Below, one piece after another: positions 20,292 through 30,696 of a stretch of 64,000 bases of DNA. The notes beneath the pieces were generated by a model, which was not told the DNA's origin, did no database searches, and worked only from the letters and a program-made list of their open reading frames with translations. Where the stretch lies: positions 64,001 to 128,000 of the forward strand of contig CAXXKT010000003.1 of NCBI GenBank assembly GCA_963662405.2, in the 5' to 3' direction. Source of the stretch: Syntrophales bacterium. Its GTDB lineage: Bacteria; Desulfobacterota; Syntrophia; Syntrophales; UBA2210. Every line of letters begins with the position of its first letter. Position 1 is the first letter of the stretch. A program made the position numbers and the translations under genes.

Positions 20292-23200
20292 TTACCGGCC
20301 TCGTTTCATTCCCTTCCACAACCCCCGTCCGATAACGGCGACAATTCCGATAACGATCAGTACCGCAATGAGCGATGCCCCCGACGAGGATATCTCGGTC
20401 GCCTTTTCCTCGGTCTTTTCCTTCATCTCGTATCCCTTGACCTCTTCCACCTTCTTCGCTCCGGTCTCTTTCGCCGCTTCATCGGGTGCCACCCGTTTCT
20501 GTGCGGTGTCCTGTGCGGTTTCCTTGACCCACTCCGGCGTGGTGACATCGAGACCGGTAGTTAGTTTGACCTGCTGTTGGAATTTGAGCATGGTGGCGGG
20601 AGAGACCAGCCCCGGGACGGAGAGGATATTGGCCGCGAACTGGTTCAGGGCGATGTTGTTGCAGGTGTGCTCGCAGCAGGCCATCCCCTTGTCCGCTACC
20701 GATTCCACATACTCGATGGCGAGATTCTGCATCATCTGGGTGTCGAATTTCTGATACCCTTTCCGATCCACCTCCATGATCCTTGCGGTAATGGACTGGA
20801 AGGCATGCGGGCTGTTCTTTTCAAAAAATTTCTTGAGATCCATGTTGTATTTGTCGTTGACATAGACTTCGCTAACCTGCTGCCAGACCTCCTGACTGAC
20901 CTCCTTGGGGGTGGTCACCTGCCAGCCCCAGAGGTTTTCGACAAAATCGGCCATCTTGTGGGCCCCGGAATAGCCGTGCTCTTTCATGCCGGTAATCCAT
21001 TTGGGGTTCAGGTAACGTCCGCGGGTCTCGAGGCCCATGAATCTTCCCAGATCGACCGCCCTGCCCGGCGCGGATGGATCCCTGTTGTCGGAGACAACGA
21101 GCTCGGGATCCTGGCCGGAGAGATTTCGGACCGCCATGGCCATGCCGCCCATGTATTGGAAGTAATCGTCGTTATCCAAGACGCCGATGAGATTGGAGGA
21201 ACGGCTGTGGACCACCATGTCGGCGCCCTTGAGCGATTCGACAAAGACCTCGCGCGACGCCTTGCCCCATACCCTGCGGCCGTAGGCATAGCTCACCCGA
21301 TCGAGATAGAGATCCACGAGTTTTTTCTCGTCCTCCCAGGTGCCCGAAGCCGATATGGCATCGTCCAAGCCCGTGCCGTAGCCCTGGTTGGGGGCGCCGA
21401 ATATGCGATAGCGGGCCATCTCCCCGGCCTCGCCAGGGGCGACGCCCTTTTCCACAAACAACTTTTGCATCTCAAGGGTGTGCAGCCGGGCGAAGTTTTC
21501 GTATTTCCCCTTTTCTTCGGCGATTGCCAGTTGAACGGCATCGTCGATCAGACCGATCTGCAGGGGGAACACATCGCGATACAGACCAGATGCATTGACC
21601 AGGATATCGATCCTGGGCCGTTTGAGTTCGGTCTCGGGGATCAGTTCGACACCCTTGACAATCCCCCGGCCATCCCATATCGGTCTCGCCCCCAGGAGGG
21701 CCAGGGCCTTCGATTCCATAACGCCGTGGTGCCGCAAGGTTTCCGTGGCCCAGAGGATCAGGGCCACCTTGTCCGGATACCGGCCGTGCTTTTTCTGATA
21801 GTCGGCAACCAGATCGTCTGCCATTTGTTTCCCGACCTTCCAGGCCACCTTGGTGGGGACCCGCTGCGGATCGAAGCCGTAGAAGTTTTTCCCCGTCGGC
21901 AGGGCGTCCGGGGCACGGATCGGATCGTTCCCCGGCCCCGGCTCGATGAACTCGCCGTTCAGGGCACGGATAATATTTGTGATTTCACGGTCGACCCGGA
22001 TCAGATTGGCGGCGTACTCCGCAGCCAGCGCCCCGGCCTTCCGGAGTTCAGTCTTTACGGTCTGCGGGCATGTCTGGTATTTTTGACCAAACATACGTCT
22101 GGCGGCATCGCCGGGGGCAATCTGTTCCAAGACGATCTTATTGACAAAATCCATGGACAGCGTTTCTATCTTATCAAGCACATCACAGTACTTGTGGGCA
22201 TTGGCCTTCGCCTTCAAGTAGTCTTCACCGATAACCCGGCCGATGATCACGCCCAGGGCCGGGATGTCACTCTCTACCCCCAGCATGGCATTAACCGTGC
22301 TGGCCAATCCCTCTCCCTCCAAGGGGTTACCCAGGATGTGCAGGCCGTAGGGGATATTCAGGTACTCAAGTTCGTGGATATAATCATGCAGCTTTCTCTG
22401 GAATTCCTCGAAGGGCATGTCATCGATTTTGACGCCCAGGTCCTTTCCAATGCCCAGTTCCCGACTCAGCTTGATCACCTCCTGCCTGTAGCCTTCGGCC
22501 ACTTTCGGGGTGACATCCTTGGTTTCCATGTAGAGGTGGATATTGTTGTGCAACACGGAATATTCTTTATAAAGACCGCTTTTCTTCAAGGCCGGAATCA
22601 TATGGCTGATAATCACCGCGGAACCACGGCGTTTAGCCTGGGTGCCTTCACCCACGTTGTCCATGATATAGGGGTTGATGTTGGGGATATCCTGGATGAG
22701 CACATCGGGTGAGCAGGTCTTGGACAGCCCCACCTGTTTTCCGGGTGTCCATTCCAGGGTGCCGTGGGTGCCGAAATGAACAACCGCGTTGACCTGGAAT
22801 GCTTCCTTGAGCCATAGGTAAAAGGCCAGGTATTGATGATGCGGCGGCAGGGTCAGGTCATGATAGAGCCGGCCAGCTTCCTGGAGCCAGCCCCTGGCCG
22901 GCTGGGGGCCGATGAAGATATTGCCCAGTAGGACCCCCGGAAGAACCAGGAACTGCTCACCTTGCGGATTTTTCCAGCTCATGATGGTAGTCTCTTCCAC
23001 CGGACCCCACTTTGAAACCACCTGATTTTGAAATTCCCGGGGAAGTTCGGTAAACCATCGGTTGTAGTCGGCCACCGGCACCAGCGTGATCACGCCCGAC
23101 CTGACCAGTTTTTCCATCTCCCCCGGCGCCCAGGTGCCGATATTGCGCCCCTGGCGCAGGACCAGATCTTGCAGGATATCCTTTGAAAAGCCTTCGGTTT

Positions 23201-24467
23201 TCTCGAACCGGTATTCCGCCTTTTCGAGTCCTTCCAGCAGGACCTGCAGGCTGGCGAAGATGTCAAGGTATGCAGCGGAGATGTTGTGCTTGCCGGGGGG
23301 ATTGTTGTAGTAGATAACCGCTATTTTTTTGTCCGCGTTGGGCGTGCTTCGAAGTCCGAGCCATCCCTTGATCCGGGAGGAGAGTTTGGCGATTCGCTCT
23401 TCATCGGGGATCCGTTCGGTGACCTCGATGCCCGTCTTTTTATCCCTGTAGGTGCGGCTGCCGCCAATCACCAGCGGTTCGATCAGCCCGCAGAGTTCGG
23501 GCATGAAAATCTGAGAGGCCAACTGGAACGGCTCAATTCCCTGGGGGCTTTCCGCCCACTTTTGAAGGTCGCTGTAGAGGGTGACGGCCCGGATGACCGG
23601 CACATCCATTCCTTTCAGCAGCTCCTGGGATTTTTCCTTGGGGTGGGAAAACATGAGCGAGACGATAAGTTCCACTTCGGGCTTTTCTGTCATCAAGTAC
23701 TTTTCCATCAGCATGTCGGCCGGATACCCGATGGCGCAAATCACGTTGAACCCGTCTTGCTCGAGCCTGCGGATCAACGCCTCCTGGATCTTGCTGTCCC
23801 CAGTCTTGATGAGATTGTAGGAGAGGATTCCCACCCAGGGGCCCTGTTTCTGATGCCCGGATGACGCATACCAGGCCTTGTAACCGGTAAGGCTTGCAAG
23901 CACCTTTGAATCAGGCGCATCGGGATGAAAAATGCCTTCGGGGGGTTGCGCGACAGGCTCTATAATTTTTGCCTGCGAAAGGCCACCGAAGCGGTTCAGC
24001 AGATAGCCGATCAGCCGTTTCATGTTCTCTACGCCGTTGTACTCCCAATAGGCCTGTATATCCGGGTGGGCGTCGAAGCTTACATTGTAAAATCCCTGAC
24101 TGGCAAAAATAGCCGCCCCCCCGATACCGATCACCCTGGCGCCGTTTTGCTTGGCGGTTGTTATCCGGGGTTCGATGTCCTGCATGGTTTGGTAATCCTT
24201 ATGGTACAAAAAGATGACATCCTGGTTGACAAGATCCTGTTCATTGCGCTTATCCAGAAGCGCCTCTTCGCTGTAAACCGTTATCTTGACCATGGGGACC
24301 AGATTCGGGTGTTCCTGCTTGAATCCGGAAATCCCTTCCGCCAACACCTTGGTGTGGGTGTCGGGTACCGAGAAAGTGAGGCGAAATGGTTGTCCTGCAA
24401 AGGCGTCGACCGCACCGAAAAGCAAAATCAAGACAACTGAGAGTACACCGCATATGCCGTGTCGCAT
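20292..24467 (-). CDS. cobN: CobN/Mg-chelatase H-like protein with signal peptide and C-terminal membrane anchor (HmuS-like)
   Basis: YYNNPPGK, PPHHQYLAFY, HFGTHGTLEW, GEGTQAKRR, LPTGKNF, LDNDD and NPKWI...HGYSG motifs; CCEHTC near the C-terminus. The symbol denotes the family only. Confidence 0.92.
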   Translation of the reverse strand: MRHGICGVLSVVLILLFGAVDAFAGQPFRLTFSVPDTHTKVLAEGISGFKQEHPNLVPMVKITVYSEEALLDKRNEQDLVNQDVIFLYHKDYQTMQDIEPRITTAKQNGARVIGIGGAAIFASQGFYNVSFDAHPDIQAYWEYNGVENMKRLIGYLLNRFGGLSQAKIIEPVAQPPEGIFHPDAPDSKVLASLTGYKAWYASSGHQKQGPWVGILSYNLIKTGDSKIQEALIRRLEQDGFNVICAIGYPADMLMEKYLMTEKPEVELIVSLMFSHPKEKSQELLKGMDVPVIRAVTLYSDLQKWAESPQGIEPFQLASQIFMPELCGLIEPLVIGGSRTYRDKKTGIEVTERIPDEERIAKLSSRIKGWLGLRSTPNADKKIAVIYYNNPPGKHNISAAYLDIFASLQVLLEGLEKAEYRFEKTEGFSKDILQDLVLRQGRNIGTWAPGEMEKLVRSGVITLVPVADYNRWFTELPREFQNQVVSKWGPVEETTIMSWKNPQGEQFLVLPGVLLGNIFIGPQPARGWLQEAGRLYHDLTLPPHHQYLAFYLWLKEAFQVNAVVHFGTHGTLEWTPGKQVGLSKTCSPDVLIQDIPNINPYIMDNVGEGTQAKRRGSAVIISHMIPALKKSGLYKEYSVLHNNIHLYMETKDVTPKVAEGYRQEVIKLSRELGIGKDLGVKIDDMPFEEFQRKLHDYIHELEYLNIPYGLHILGNPLEGEGLASTVNAMLGVESDIPALGVIIGRVIGEDYLKAKANAHKYCDVLDKIETLSMDFVNKIVLEQIAPGDAARRMFGQKYQTCPQTVKTELRKAGALAAEYAANLIRVDREITNIIRALNGEFIEPGPGNDPIRAPDALPTGKNFYGFDPQRVPTKVAWKVGKQMADDLVADYQKKHGRYPDKVALILWATETLRHHGVMESKALALLGARPIWDGRGIVKGVELIPETELKRPRIDILVNASGLYRDVFPLQIGLIDDAVQLAIAEEKGKYENFARLHTLEMQKLFVEKGVAPGEAGEMARYRIFGAPNQGYGTGLDDAISASGTWEDEKKLVDLYLDRVSYAYGRRVWGKASREVFVESLKGADMVVHSRSSNLIGVLDNDDYFQYMGGMAMAVRNLSGQDPELVVSDNRDPSAPGRAVDLGRFMGLETRGRYLNPKWITGMKEHGYSGAHKMADFVENLWGWQVTTPKEVSQEVWQQVSEVYVNDKYNMDLKKFFEKNSPHAFQSITARIMEVDRKGYQKFDTQMMQNLAIEYVESVADKGMACCEHTCNNIALNQFAANILSVPGLVSPATMLKFQQQVKLTTGLDVTTPEWVKETAQDTAQKRVAPDEAAKETGAKKVEEVKGYEMKEKTEEKATEISSSGASLIAVLIVIGIVAVIGRGLWKGMKRGR

Positions 24468-24468
24468 C

Positions 24469-24831
24469 CTACCGTTCCTCCTCTCCTTCGGGTATATAGA
24501 CCACCTTGCCGTCCTGGAGCCGGTAGGCCGTTCCCAGTCTCGTTCCCTGCCCCTGGGCCATCTCCTTTGTCAGTTTCTGGACCTTGATCTCTTTTCCTTT
24601 TTTGCTGATAATCTCCATCTTTCCCGGTTGATTGGGATTCTTGATCATGGTCAGTTCATCGGCGGAGAATATCTCGTGAATGTGGTAGGCGCTGACCATG
24701 GCCACCAGCAGGCCGACGGCAAAGACCATGGCGACATCGAACAGATTTGCCACACCGCTCATGGGATCGTCCTGATGTATGGGACTTTTCCTGCGGCGGT
24801 TCTTTCGTTTATCTCTTCGCGTAAGTTTCAT
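24469..24831 (-). CDS. DUF2149 protein (HmuV-like)
   Basis: DDPMSGVANLFDVAMVFAVGL...G.RLGTAYRLQDGKVVYIPE. Confidence 0.9.
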   Translation of the reverse strand: MKLTRRDKRKNRRRKSPIHQDDPMSGVANLFDVAMVFAVGLLVAMVSAYHIHEIFSADELTMIKNPNQPGKMEIISKKGKEIKVQKLTKEMAQGQGTRLGTAYRLQDGKVVYIPEGEEER

Positions 24832-24839
24832 GTGTATCC

Positions 24840-25562
24840 TCAGTTCATTGAGAGCTCGATAATATTTTGTCCTTCCTCTTGTCCTGAAGGGGACACATCA
24901 TTTTCGATATGTCCCATGATCAGATCGACGATGTACTCCATGTTTTGCATATCTTCGCCGTACCAGCGCTCTCTGACGACCGAGATGATGTAGGCGAGTA
25001 CCCCCACCGCCAGTCCCGCTACCGTCGTTCCGAAGGCGAGGATCAGACAGTTCGCCATCTGTTCCAGGTCCCCCTGCGACAGCGAGAGGAGCGCCGGCCC
25101 CATGGGGATGAGGGTCCCCATCAGTCCCAGCATCGGTCCGACCCTGATCATGATCCGTGTTTTTTCCAGTGTTGCGTGGGTGTCATTTTCATATGACTGC
25201 AGGATCTTTTCCGTCCGTACGTCGAGATTGCTGATCCCCCTGGCGATCTGGCGGGACAGGTCTCTGAAGAAGTTCTCCACTGTCAGGGGGAGGGACGAAA
25301 GGCCTTCCGTGTACTGTGCAATGCGCTCTGCGGCCCCGTCGGCGCGCGACTGTAACAGGTCGCGGGCGACCTCCTCGGCGAGTCTTTCGCTTTTTTCATC
25401 CGCCGCATGAACCTGCTTTCGGCGAAACACGGCTTCCGAGGCGAAACCTCCCAGGACGAAGAGGGCCGCAACGACCAGTAACAGCAACACCACTATTACC
25501 GGGTAGAGGAGGGCGTTCATGATCAGATAGAGCCCTGCCTGCATGACATCCAAGACGTTCAT
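24840..25562 (-). CDS. MotA/TolQ/ExbB proton-channel protein (HmuU-like)
   Basis: GPMLGLMGTLIPMGPAL...LAFGTTVAGL; start MNVLD chosen from RBS. Confidence 0.9.
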   Translation of the reverse strand: MNVLDVMQAGLYLIMNALLYPVIVVLLLLVVAALFVLGGFASEAVFRRKQVHAADEKSERLAEEVARDLLQSRADGAAERIAQYTEGLSSLPLTVENFFRDLSRQIARGISNLDVRTEKILQSYENDTHATLEKTRIMIRVGPMLGLMGTLIPMGPALLSLSQGDLEQMANCLILAFGTTVAGLAVGVLAYIISVVRERWYGEDMQNMEYIVDLIMGHIENDVSPSGQEEGQNIIELSMN

Positions 25563-25567
25563 TTTTC

Positions 25568-26320
25568 TCACACCTCGTTTCTGATTTGTTTGCTGCGTGC
25601 AGTTTCCCTGCGGTTCTTTATAAAGCCCAGGCAAAAGATGAGGCCCCCGGTACAGAGCAGGATGACCGAATCTCTCAGAGACACCGCTGCGGCGGCGGAG
25701 ATCCCTCTCACCGCGAGGAGTGCCTTGGCCTTCGAATAAACGGGGACGACGACGATGGCCACGGCAAAATAGAGACCAACCATGGTCATGAAAAAGCCGA
25801 GGAGGACCGGTCCCCGTGTTCTCTCCGTGTCACGTCTCATCCGGTGCCGGGCAACCAGGGCGGCACCGGCAATCCCCGCCGTGAAAAGAACCGCCATTCC
25901 CCCCCCGACCTGCAGGGGATCCATACCGGTGAGGGCCACGCAGATGGAACAGCTCAGGAGCATGGCGGAAAGGCACACAGGACAGGGGAGCATCAGGAGA
26001 TATCCGGCCCTCGATCTCCCCTGGGGGTACTCGTAAAAGGCGGATTTCATGGTATATAATCCCCATGCCATCAGGCCGAGAGAGAGAAAGAAATGAACCA
26101 TGACTCCGTGAAACATGAATTTCTGAAAGAACTGAAAATAATCGAGGGGGTTGGCAATCCTGATGCCAACCCCCAACAGGAAGGCGATGACACCGTACAG
26201 CAGGGCAAGCGCGACAATGCCGGATGTCCTGATATTCATGGAACCGGCCACCATGCCGGCCTTGCCGGCGAATATCAGTACGGTGAAAACAATCCCGAGG
26301 GCCCAAAAGTACGTAATCAT
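25568..26320 (-). CDS. DUF2162-type predicted membrane transporter (HmuT-like)
   Basis: About 7 TMs, LPCPVC motif and LGFFMTMVGLYF. Confidence 0.8.
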   Translation of the reverse strand: MITYFWALGIVFTVLIFAGKAGMVAGSMNIRTSGIVALALLYGVIAFLLGVGIRIANPLDYFQFFQKFMFHGVMVHFFLSLGLMAWGLYTMKSAFYEYPQGRSRAGYLLMLPCPVCLSAMLLSCSICVALTGMDPLQVGGGMAVLFTAGIAGAALVARHRMRRDTERTRGPVLLGFFMTMVGLYFAVAIVVVPVYSKAKALLAVRGISAAAAVSLRDSVILLCTGGLIFCLGFIKNRRETARSKQIRNEV

Positions 26321-26329
26321 CGCTGCTCC

Positions 26330-28393
26330 TTAAAAGGTGTATTTCACACCGGCCATGAAGGATGCCGGCGGATTGTTGGTCGTGTAGTATTCCTTGTAAT
26401 CCTCGTCGGTGAGATTGTTCACTTCACCGAACACCTCAAGCCCTTCACGGATCTCACGGGAGATCTTCAGACCGACCACCTGATAGGCATCGAGTTTTTT
26501 CGAGTCCGTATTTTCCAGATCTCCATAGCGTTCGCCCACGTTGGTGAGAAAGACACCCAGGGTAAAGAGATCCGGGTTATCGTACGTAACGCCGATCTTG
26601 GTCATGTGACGGGGGGTATAGGAAAGATAATTCCCCTCGACGGTTCGATCTTCCTCGTACTCCTCAATCGTTGATACGTTGTAGGTATGATTGATGAATG
26701 TCGACCACTGATTACTGATTTTGTATTCGAGATTGGCCTCGACACCGTAGATCTCAACCCTCCCCAGGTTGATCGTCTGGATGACCGCCATCCCGTCATC
26801 CGGTGAAAACCATGAAGGAACTTCCGATGCCGCGAGTGTCTTCTCTCCCAGAAAATCCTTGATACTGCTCTGGTAGAAGGTCATGCTCACGCACAGCTTT
26901 TTGTGGGGGGTGGCATCGAATCCGACGTCGTACGACCATTCCATCCGCTCCGGCTCCAGATCCGGGTTCGCCAGATCGAACCGGGTGGAACCGTGAGGTC
27001 CGGATTTATAGAGGTCATAGAGGGAGGGTGCCTTGAACCCCGTACCGAAAGATGCCCGGAACTTGATCGCCGGATTGAGCTTGTAGCTCACGCCTATCTT
27101 GGGTGAAAGGGCCTGGTCGGTGTTGTCGGGATAGATAATGGTTCGTGCCGTCGATGTCGTCGAATCGTAGAAGTCGCCATCATGGTTCTTCCAGTAATCG
27201 TAGCGCAGACCGGCATTGACGATGAGCCGATTCCCCAGAAAACCGATCTCGTCGTTGACGAACAGTGCATAGAGATCCTGCTCTCCGCTGAAATTGCGGT
27301 CACCCGTGCTGTATGCATATTCGCATGTGCATTTCGCCCATTTCAGATCACTCCCCGCCGTGAGTTTGTGGCCGGCGAGCTCGGTGCTGACCTGGAACAT
27401 GACGCCGTATTCATCCTTGGGGATAGTCGAATCGTAATAGTAGGTGTCGAATTTGCCCGACGTGGAGTTATACGTGTCGGCGTTTGATTCGTATCCCTCG
27501 TCGTAGTAGTAGGCCTTGACATTAAAGTCGGTCTTTTTCCCCAGGGGGACCCCCCAGCTGAGCATGTATTCGTCGGTCTTCTGCTCGCCGTCATACTGGG
27601 TTGTCGTGGCGCTCAGAGAGTCTTCCAGGAGGTGTGCGTAGTCCAGACGCAGGATCGATTCCCCCAGCCATATGTCCCCTCCGATGGAGATGTTGGTCAG
27701 TTCATTCTCGGGTTTCTTGTAATAGTTCTTCCACGATGAACCCTCGTAGTACTCGTACCCCTGTGTCCGTTTATGTTCAACCGAGGCACGAACGCTGTAG
27801 TCGTCGGTCCCGGCATTCACGCTGGCACTCCCCATATAGGTATCAAAGGAGCCGCCCTGCATGGTGACGGTCCCGGAGACCCCCTCCTTGGGATGTTTGG
27901 TGATGATATTGATCACACCGCCCATGGCGCTGGAACCGTAGAGGGCGGACGAGGCCCCCCGCACGATCTCGATCCGTTCGATATTCTCCAGTGATAACGT
28001 GTTCCAGAGCGTGACCGAACTGCCGTATGTCCTGTTGATGGGGATGCCGTCCTTGAGCACCAGAACCCTGCCGCTGTCTCCCGTCCCGCGCATGTACACG
28101 GTGGTATGACTGGTCGTGTTGCACAGTCCCTTGTTGCGACGGACCTGCAGACCCACGGCCTCATTCAGGACCTCGTCCACCGTCGAGACAGGCATCTTCT
28201 CAATCTCTTCAGCCGTTATAACGGTAACACTGACCGGGAGATCCTCCACGGCGGTTTCGGTCCGCGTAGCGGTGACCACGGTTTTCTGCATCTCCACCGA
28301 TGGAGGGCTGCTCTCGGCCGCGGATGCTTGAACCGCGGGAACAAACCAAAAAACTGTGAGGAACAGGGCCAATTTGAAACGAAGCTTTTTCAC
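26330..28393 (-). CDS. TonB-dependent outer-membrane receptor
   Basis: TonB box VVTATRTE; plug-domain IERIEIVRGASSALYGSSAMGGVINIIT; NPDLEPE; terminal F. Confidence 0.95.
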   Translation of the reverse strand: MKKLRFKLALFLTVFWFVPAVQASAAESSPPSVEMQKTVVTATRTETAVEDLPVSVTVITAEEIEKMPVSTVDEVLNEAVGLQVRRNKGLCNTTSHTTVYMRGTGDSGRVLVLKDGIPINRTYGSSVTLWNTLSLENIERIEIVRGASSALYGSSAMGGVINIITKHPKEGVSGTVTMQGGSFDTYMGSASVNAGTDDYSVRASVEHKRTQGYEYYEGSSWKNYYKKPENELTNISIGGDIWLGESILRLDYAHLLEDSLSATTTQYDGEQKTDEYMLSWGVPLGKKTDFNVKAYYYDEGYESNADTYNSTSGKFDTYYYDSTIPKDEYGVMFQVSTELAGHKLTAGSDLKWAKCTCEYAYSTGDRNFSGEQDLYALFVNDEIGFLGNRLIVNAGLRYDYWKNHDGDFYDSTTSTARTIIYPDNTDQALSPKIGVSYKLNPAIKFRASFGTGFKAPSLYDLYKSGPHGSTRFDLANPDLEPERMEWSYDVGFDATPHKKLCVSMTFYQSSIKDFLGEKTLAASEVPSWFSPDDGMAVIQTINLGRVEIYGVEANLEYKISNQWSTFINHTYNVSTIEEYEEDRTVEGNYLSYTPRHMTKIGVTYDNPDLFTLGVFLTNVGERYGDLENTDSKKLDAYQVVGLKISREIREGLEVFGEVNNLTDEDYKEYYTTNNPPASFMAGVKYTF

Positions 28394-28595
28394 CAGTATT
28401 TCTCCTTTCTGGGAATATTCTCATTGACGCGCCCCTCTCGATTCCGGTAAAAAATACAAGAGGGAGTCCTCTCGAACGAAAGAGGGGGCGTGCCTTTTCC
28501 GGGACAGGCGGGCGTGATCTTGCCGGACCACCCGCCGTCCCACCTTTCATGTACTCACCATCCGCTCAGACCGTACGCAGGTCCTTCACATCCCG

Positions 28596-29414
28596 TCACG
28601 GCTTGACCTCAAAGGTCAGCGTTGCCTGGTAGCTGTACTGGTCCGCCATCTGGAGATCGGGATAGGGGAGCTTGTGGTTGACGAATATCATCCATATTCC
28701 CGGCTGGAGGAGCCTGATCTTGGCAACCCCGTTGTGGTATGCGGAGGCCCAGGCGGTGTAGGCGAATACGTCCGTCTCATTGCTAAACCCCATGTACGTG
28801 GCATATACCATCACCGATTCATCGAGGGGTTTCCCGTTGTGGAGTACCTGCAGCGGGAGTATGTCGTTGGTCCGCAGTGCACCGGGATCCTTCAGGGGCA
28901 CGATCTCAAGGCCGTGGCCGAGCACTGTGGAAAACCCCTTTCCTCTCGCCGTTCCGTCAACATTGACGACGGCCTTACAGAAATTTTGCGAATATCTGAT
29001 GCTTCCCTTGATCGTTTCGCCCTTCAACTCTTTCTTCGATTTGAATTGATACCCCTTGTCGGTAAAACCCCCGAAGTTCCCTTTACTCTCCATGACGACA
29101 AGGTAAGTCCCTCCCGCGAGGTCTTCTTTCGATTCAAACTGAACCTGGGAATATTCCCCCTTGCCCAAGACACGAGGGCCTGTTTTCCCCTCTCCTCCAT
29201 CGGGCCCCAGGGTATACAGTCTTGCCATCTTATCGTTGGCAAAAAAACTGTGTCCCATGGGGTAGTTGTGCCCGTAGGCGATGTGGAACCTGATCGATTC
29301 ACTTGCCTTGGGGGTGTACTTGTTCGCATTGATCCACGGATGGCACGCATGGGCGGCGGTGGACAATAAAAAGACCACGCCGACGGCAGCCATCCCCCAT
29401 GTCAGTTTCTTCAT
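28596..29414 (-). CDS. DUF4198 (NikM-like) periplasmic protein
   Basis: Signal peptide AHA|CHPWI, IAYGH, LEIVPLKDP and YQATLTFEV. Confidence 0.85.
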   Translation of the reverse strand: MKKLTWGMAAVGVVFLLSTAAHACHPWINANKYTPKASESIRFHIAYGHNYPMGHSFFANDKMARLYTLGPDGGEGKTGPRVLGKGEYSQVQFESKEDLAGGTYLVVMESKGNFGGFTDKGYQFKSKKELKGETIKGSIRYSQNFCKAVVNVDGTARGKGFSTVLGHGLEIVPLKDPGALRTNDILPLQVLHNGKPLDESVMVYATYMGFSNETDVFAYTAWASAYHNGVAKIRLLQPGIWMIFVNHKLPYPDLQMADQYSYQATLTFEVKP

Positions 29415-29436
29415 ACTCGTTCTCCTCTCTATTGTT

Positions 29437-30696
29437 TTAATGGAACACCCTTGTGATTTTTTGTGCCGTTCTTTGCTTCTCCCCGGTCCGCTCCTCGATC
29501 TGAGCCAGCGCCCTCCGGGCCGCATCCCGCTGCCCAGTGAAACGGGATGCTTGGGTCAATGCCTCCTTCGCTTCGCGCCACCGGTGCAGTTTCAGCGCAC
29601 AGTACCCCAGGTACAGTGCCGCACTTCCGTTTTCCGGCATTAGGTGGAGACAGTGCTGAAAGGCGTCGTAAGCATTCCGGTATTCTTCGCGGTTATACTC
29701 AACGCTCCCCAGCAGGTGCCACAGGTGGGCGGAGGATTGCTTCTCGATCGCCCGGATCAATACTTCCGCGGCTTTGTCCGATCGATGTGCGGCGAGGTAG
29801 GTCGATACAACCCGCTCATAATCGTCAAAGGAGGAATCCCACTGCAGTATCCGTTCGTACTGAACCGCCGCTTTCAAGGGGACACCGCCAAGCCGGTACA
29901 GGTTGCCCAGTCTGAGCACGTCCTCACGCCCCGCCTCCGTCAGATTAAGATACAACTCGTATGCGGCGGCCGCCTTGTCATAGACCCGATCCTCGATGTA
30001 GAGCTGTGTCATCCGTTTCAACCAGCGCGGGTGGTCTCCGCCCCGCGCAAGAAGCTGTCTGAGTACCGTCATTGCATCTTCGTGTTTTCCCAGTTTTCCA
30101 TACACGTCGAGAAGGGCTTCGCACCAATCGGTTCGTATCTCTTTCACATCGGTAGAGCAGATCCGTTCGAGACAGGAGAGTGCCTCTTCGGGCCTGCCGT
30201 CTCTGATACGGCAGACGGCGGTCTGATAGAGCAGATCCGGTTTTTCCTCCGCCGTCAGGATATATGCCTTGTGAAACGAGTCTCCGGCCTTTCCGAATTG
30301 TTTCAGGTCGTAGGCAACCTTTCCCCTGTTGAGCCAGAGGTCGGCATCGGCGTCGTACCGGGCAATCGCCTCCTCGTAATAGGACAGGGCTTCATTCCTC
30401 CGACCGGCCAGGGCCGAGGCGTTACCCAGGGTAAAGAAGATCAGATAATGGGTCTTATCCCGCTTCCCGGATAGAAAATGCAGCAGCATCTCCTGGACCT
30501 CGGTGTATTTTTGGGCCGTCATGGCCTGACGTGCCTGGGTCAGGATCCATTGTTCCGAAGGGGTCGGGGACGAACCCGCGAACGATATGACCGGTGAAGG
30601 CATCAGTATCGCTGACAGGCAGATCACCAGAGCCGCCGCGAAGGGTTTTGCCATGCCACACCATGCATATCGGGAGAAGGGGCGCTGACGGTTCAT
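29437..30696 (-). CDS. Tetratricopeptide-repeat protein (TtpD-like partner of TonB system)
   Basis: Multiple TPR helical repeats, directly downstream of tonB. Confidence 0.85.
   Translation of the reverse strand: MNRQRPFSRYAWCGMAKPFAAALVICLSAILMPSPVISFAGSSPTPSEQWILTQARQAMTAQKYTEVQEMLLHFLSGKRDKTHYLIFFTLGNASALAGRRNEALSYYEEAIARYDADADLWLNRGKVAYDLKQFGKAGDSFHKAYILTAEEKPDLLYQTAVCRIRDGRPEEALSCLERICSTDVKEIRTDWCEALLDVYGKLGKHEDAMTVLRQLLARGGDHPRWLKRMTQLYIEDRVYDKAAAAYELYLNLTEAGREDVLRLGNLYRLGGVPLKAAVQYERILQWDSSFDDYERVVSTYLAAHRSDKAAEVLIRAIEKQSSAHLWHLLGSVEYNREEYRNAYDAFQHCLHLMPENGSAALYLGYCALKLHRWREAKEALTQASRFTGQRDAARRALAQIEERTGEKQRTAQKITRVFH

Noticed and set aside
20577..22712. 711-aa plus-strand ORF
   Set aside because: Antisense to cobN; typical shadow ORF of GC-rich coding DNA.
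20292..24467. De novo aerobic cobalamin biosynthesis locus
   Set aside because: No cobS/cobT or other cob/cbi genes, and the protein has a signal peptide and membrane anchor.
28394..28595. Possible cobalamin riboswitch upstream of the TonB receptor/cobN module
   Set aside because: Hairpins are present, but I could not find the B12-box core (AGGGAA...GCCACTG...AGYCAGRAGACC); kept only as a generic hairpin cluster.
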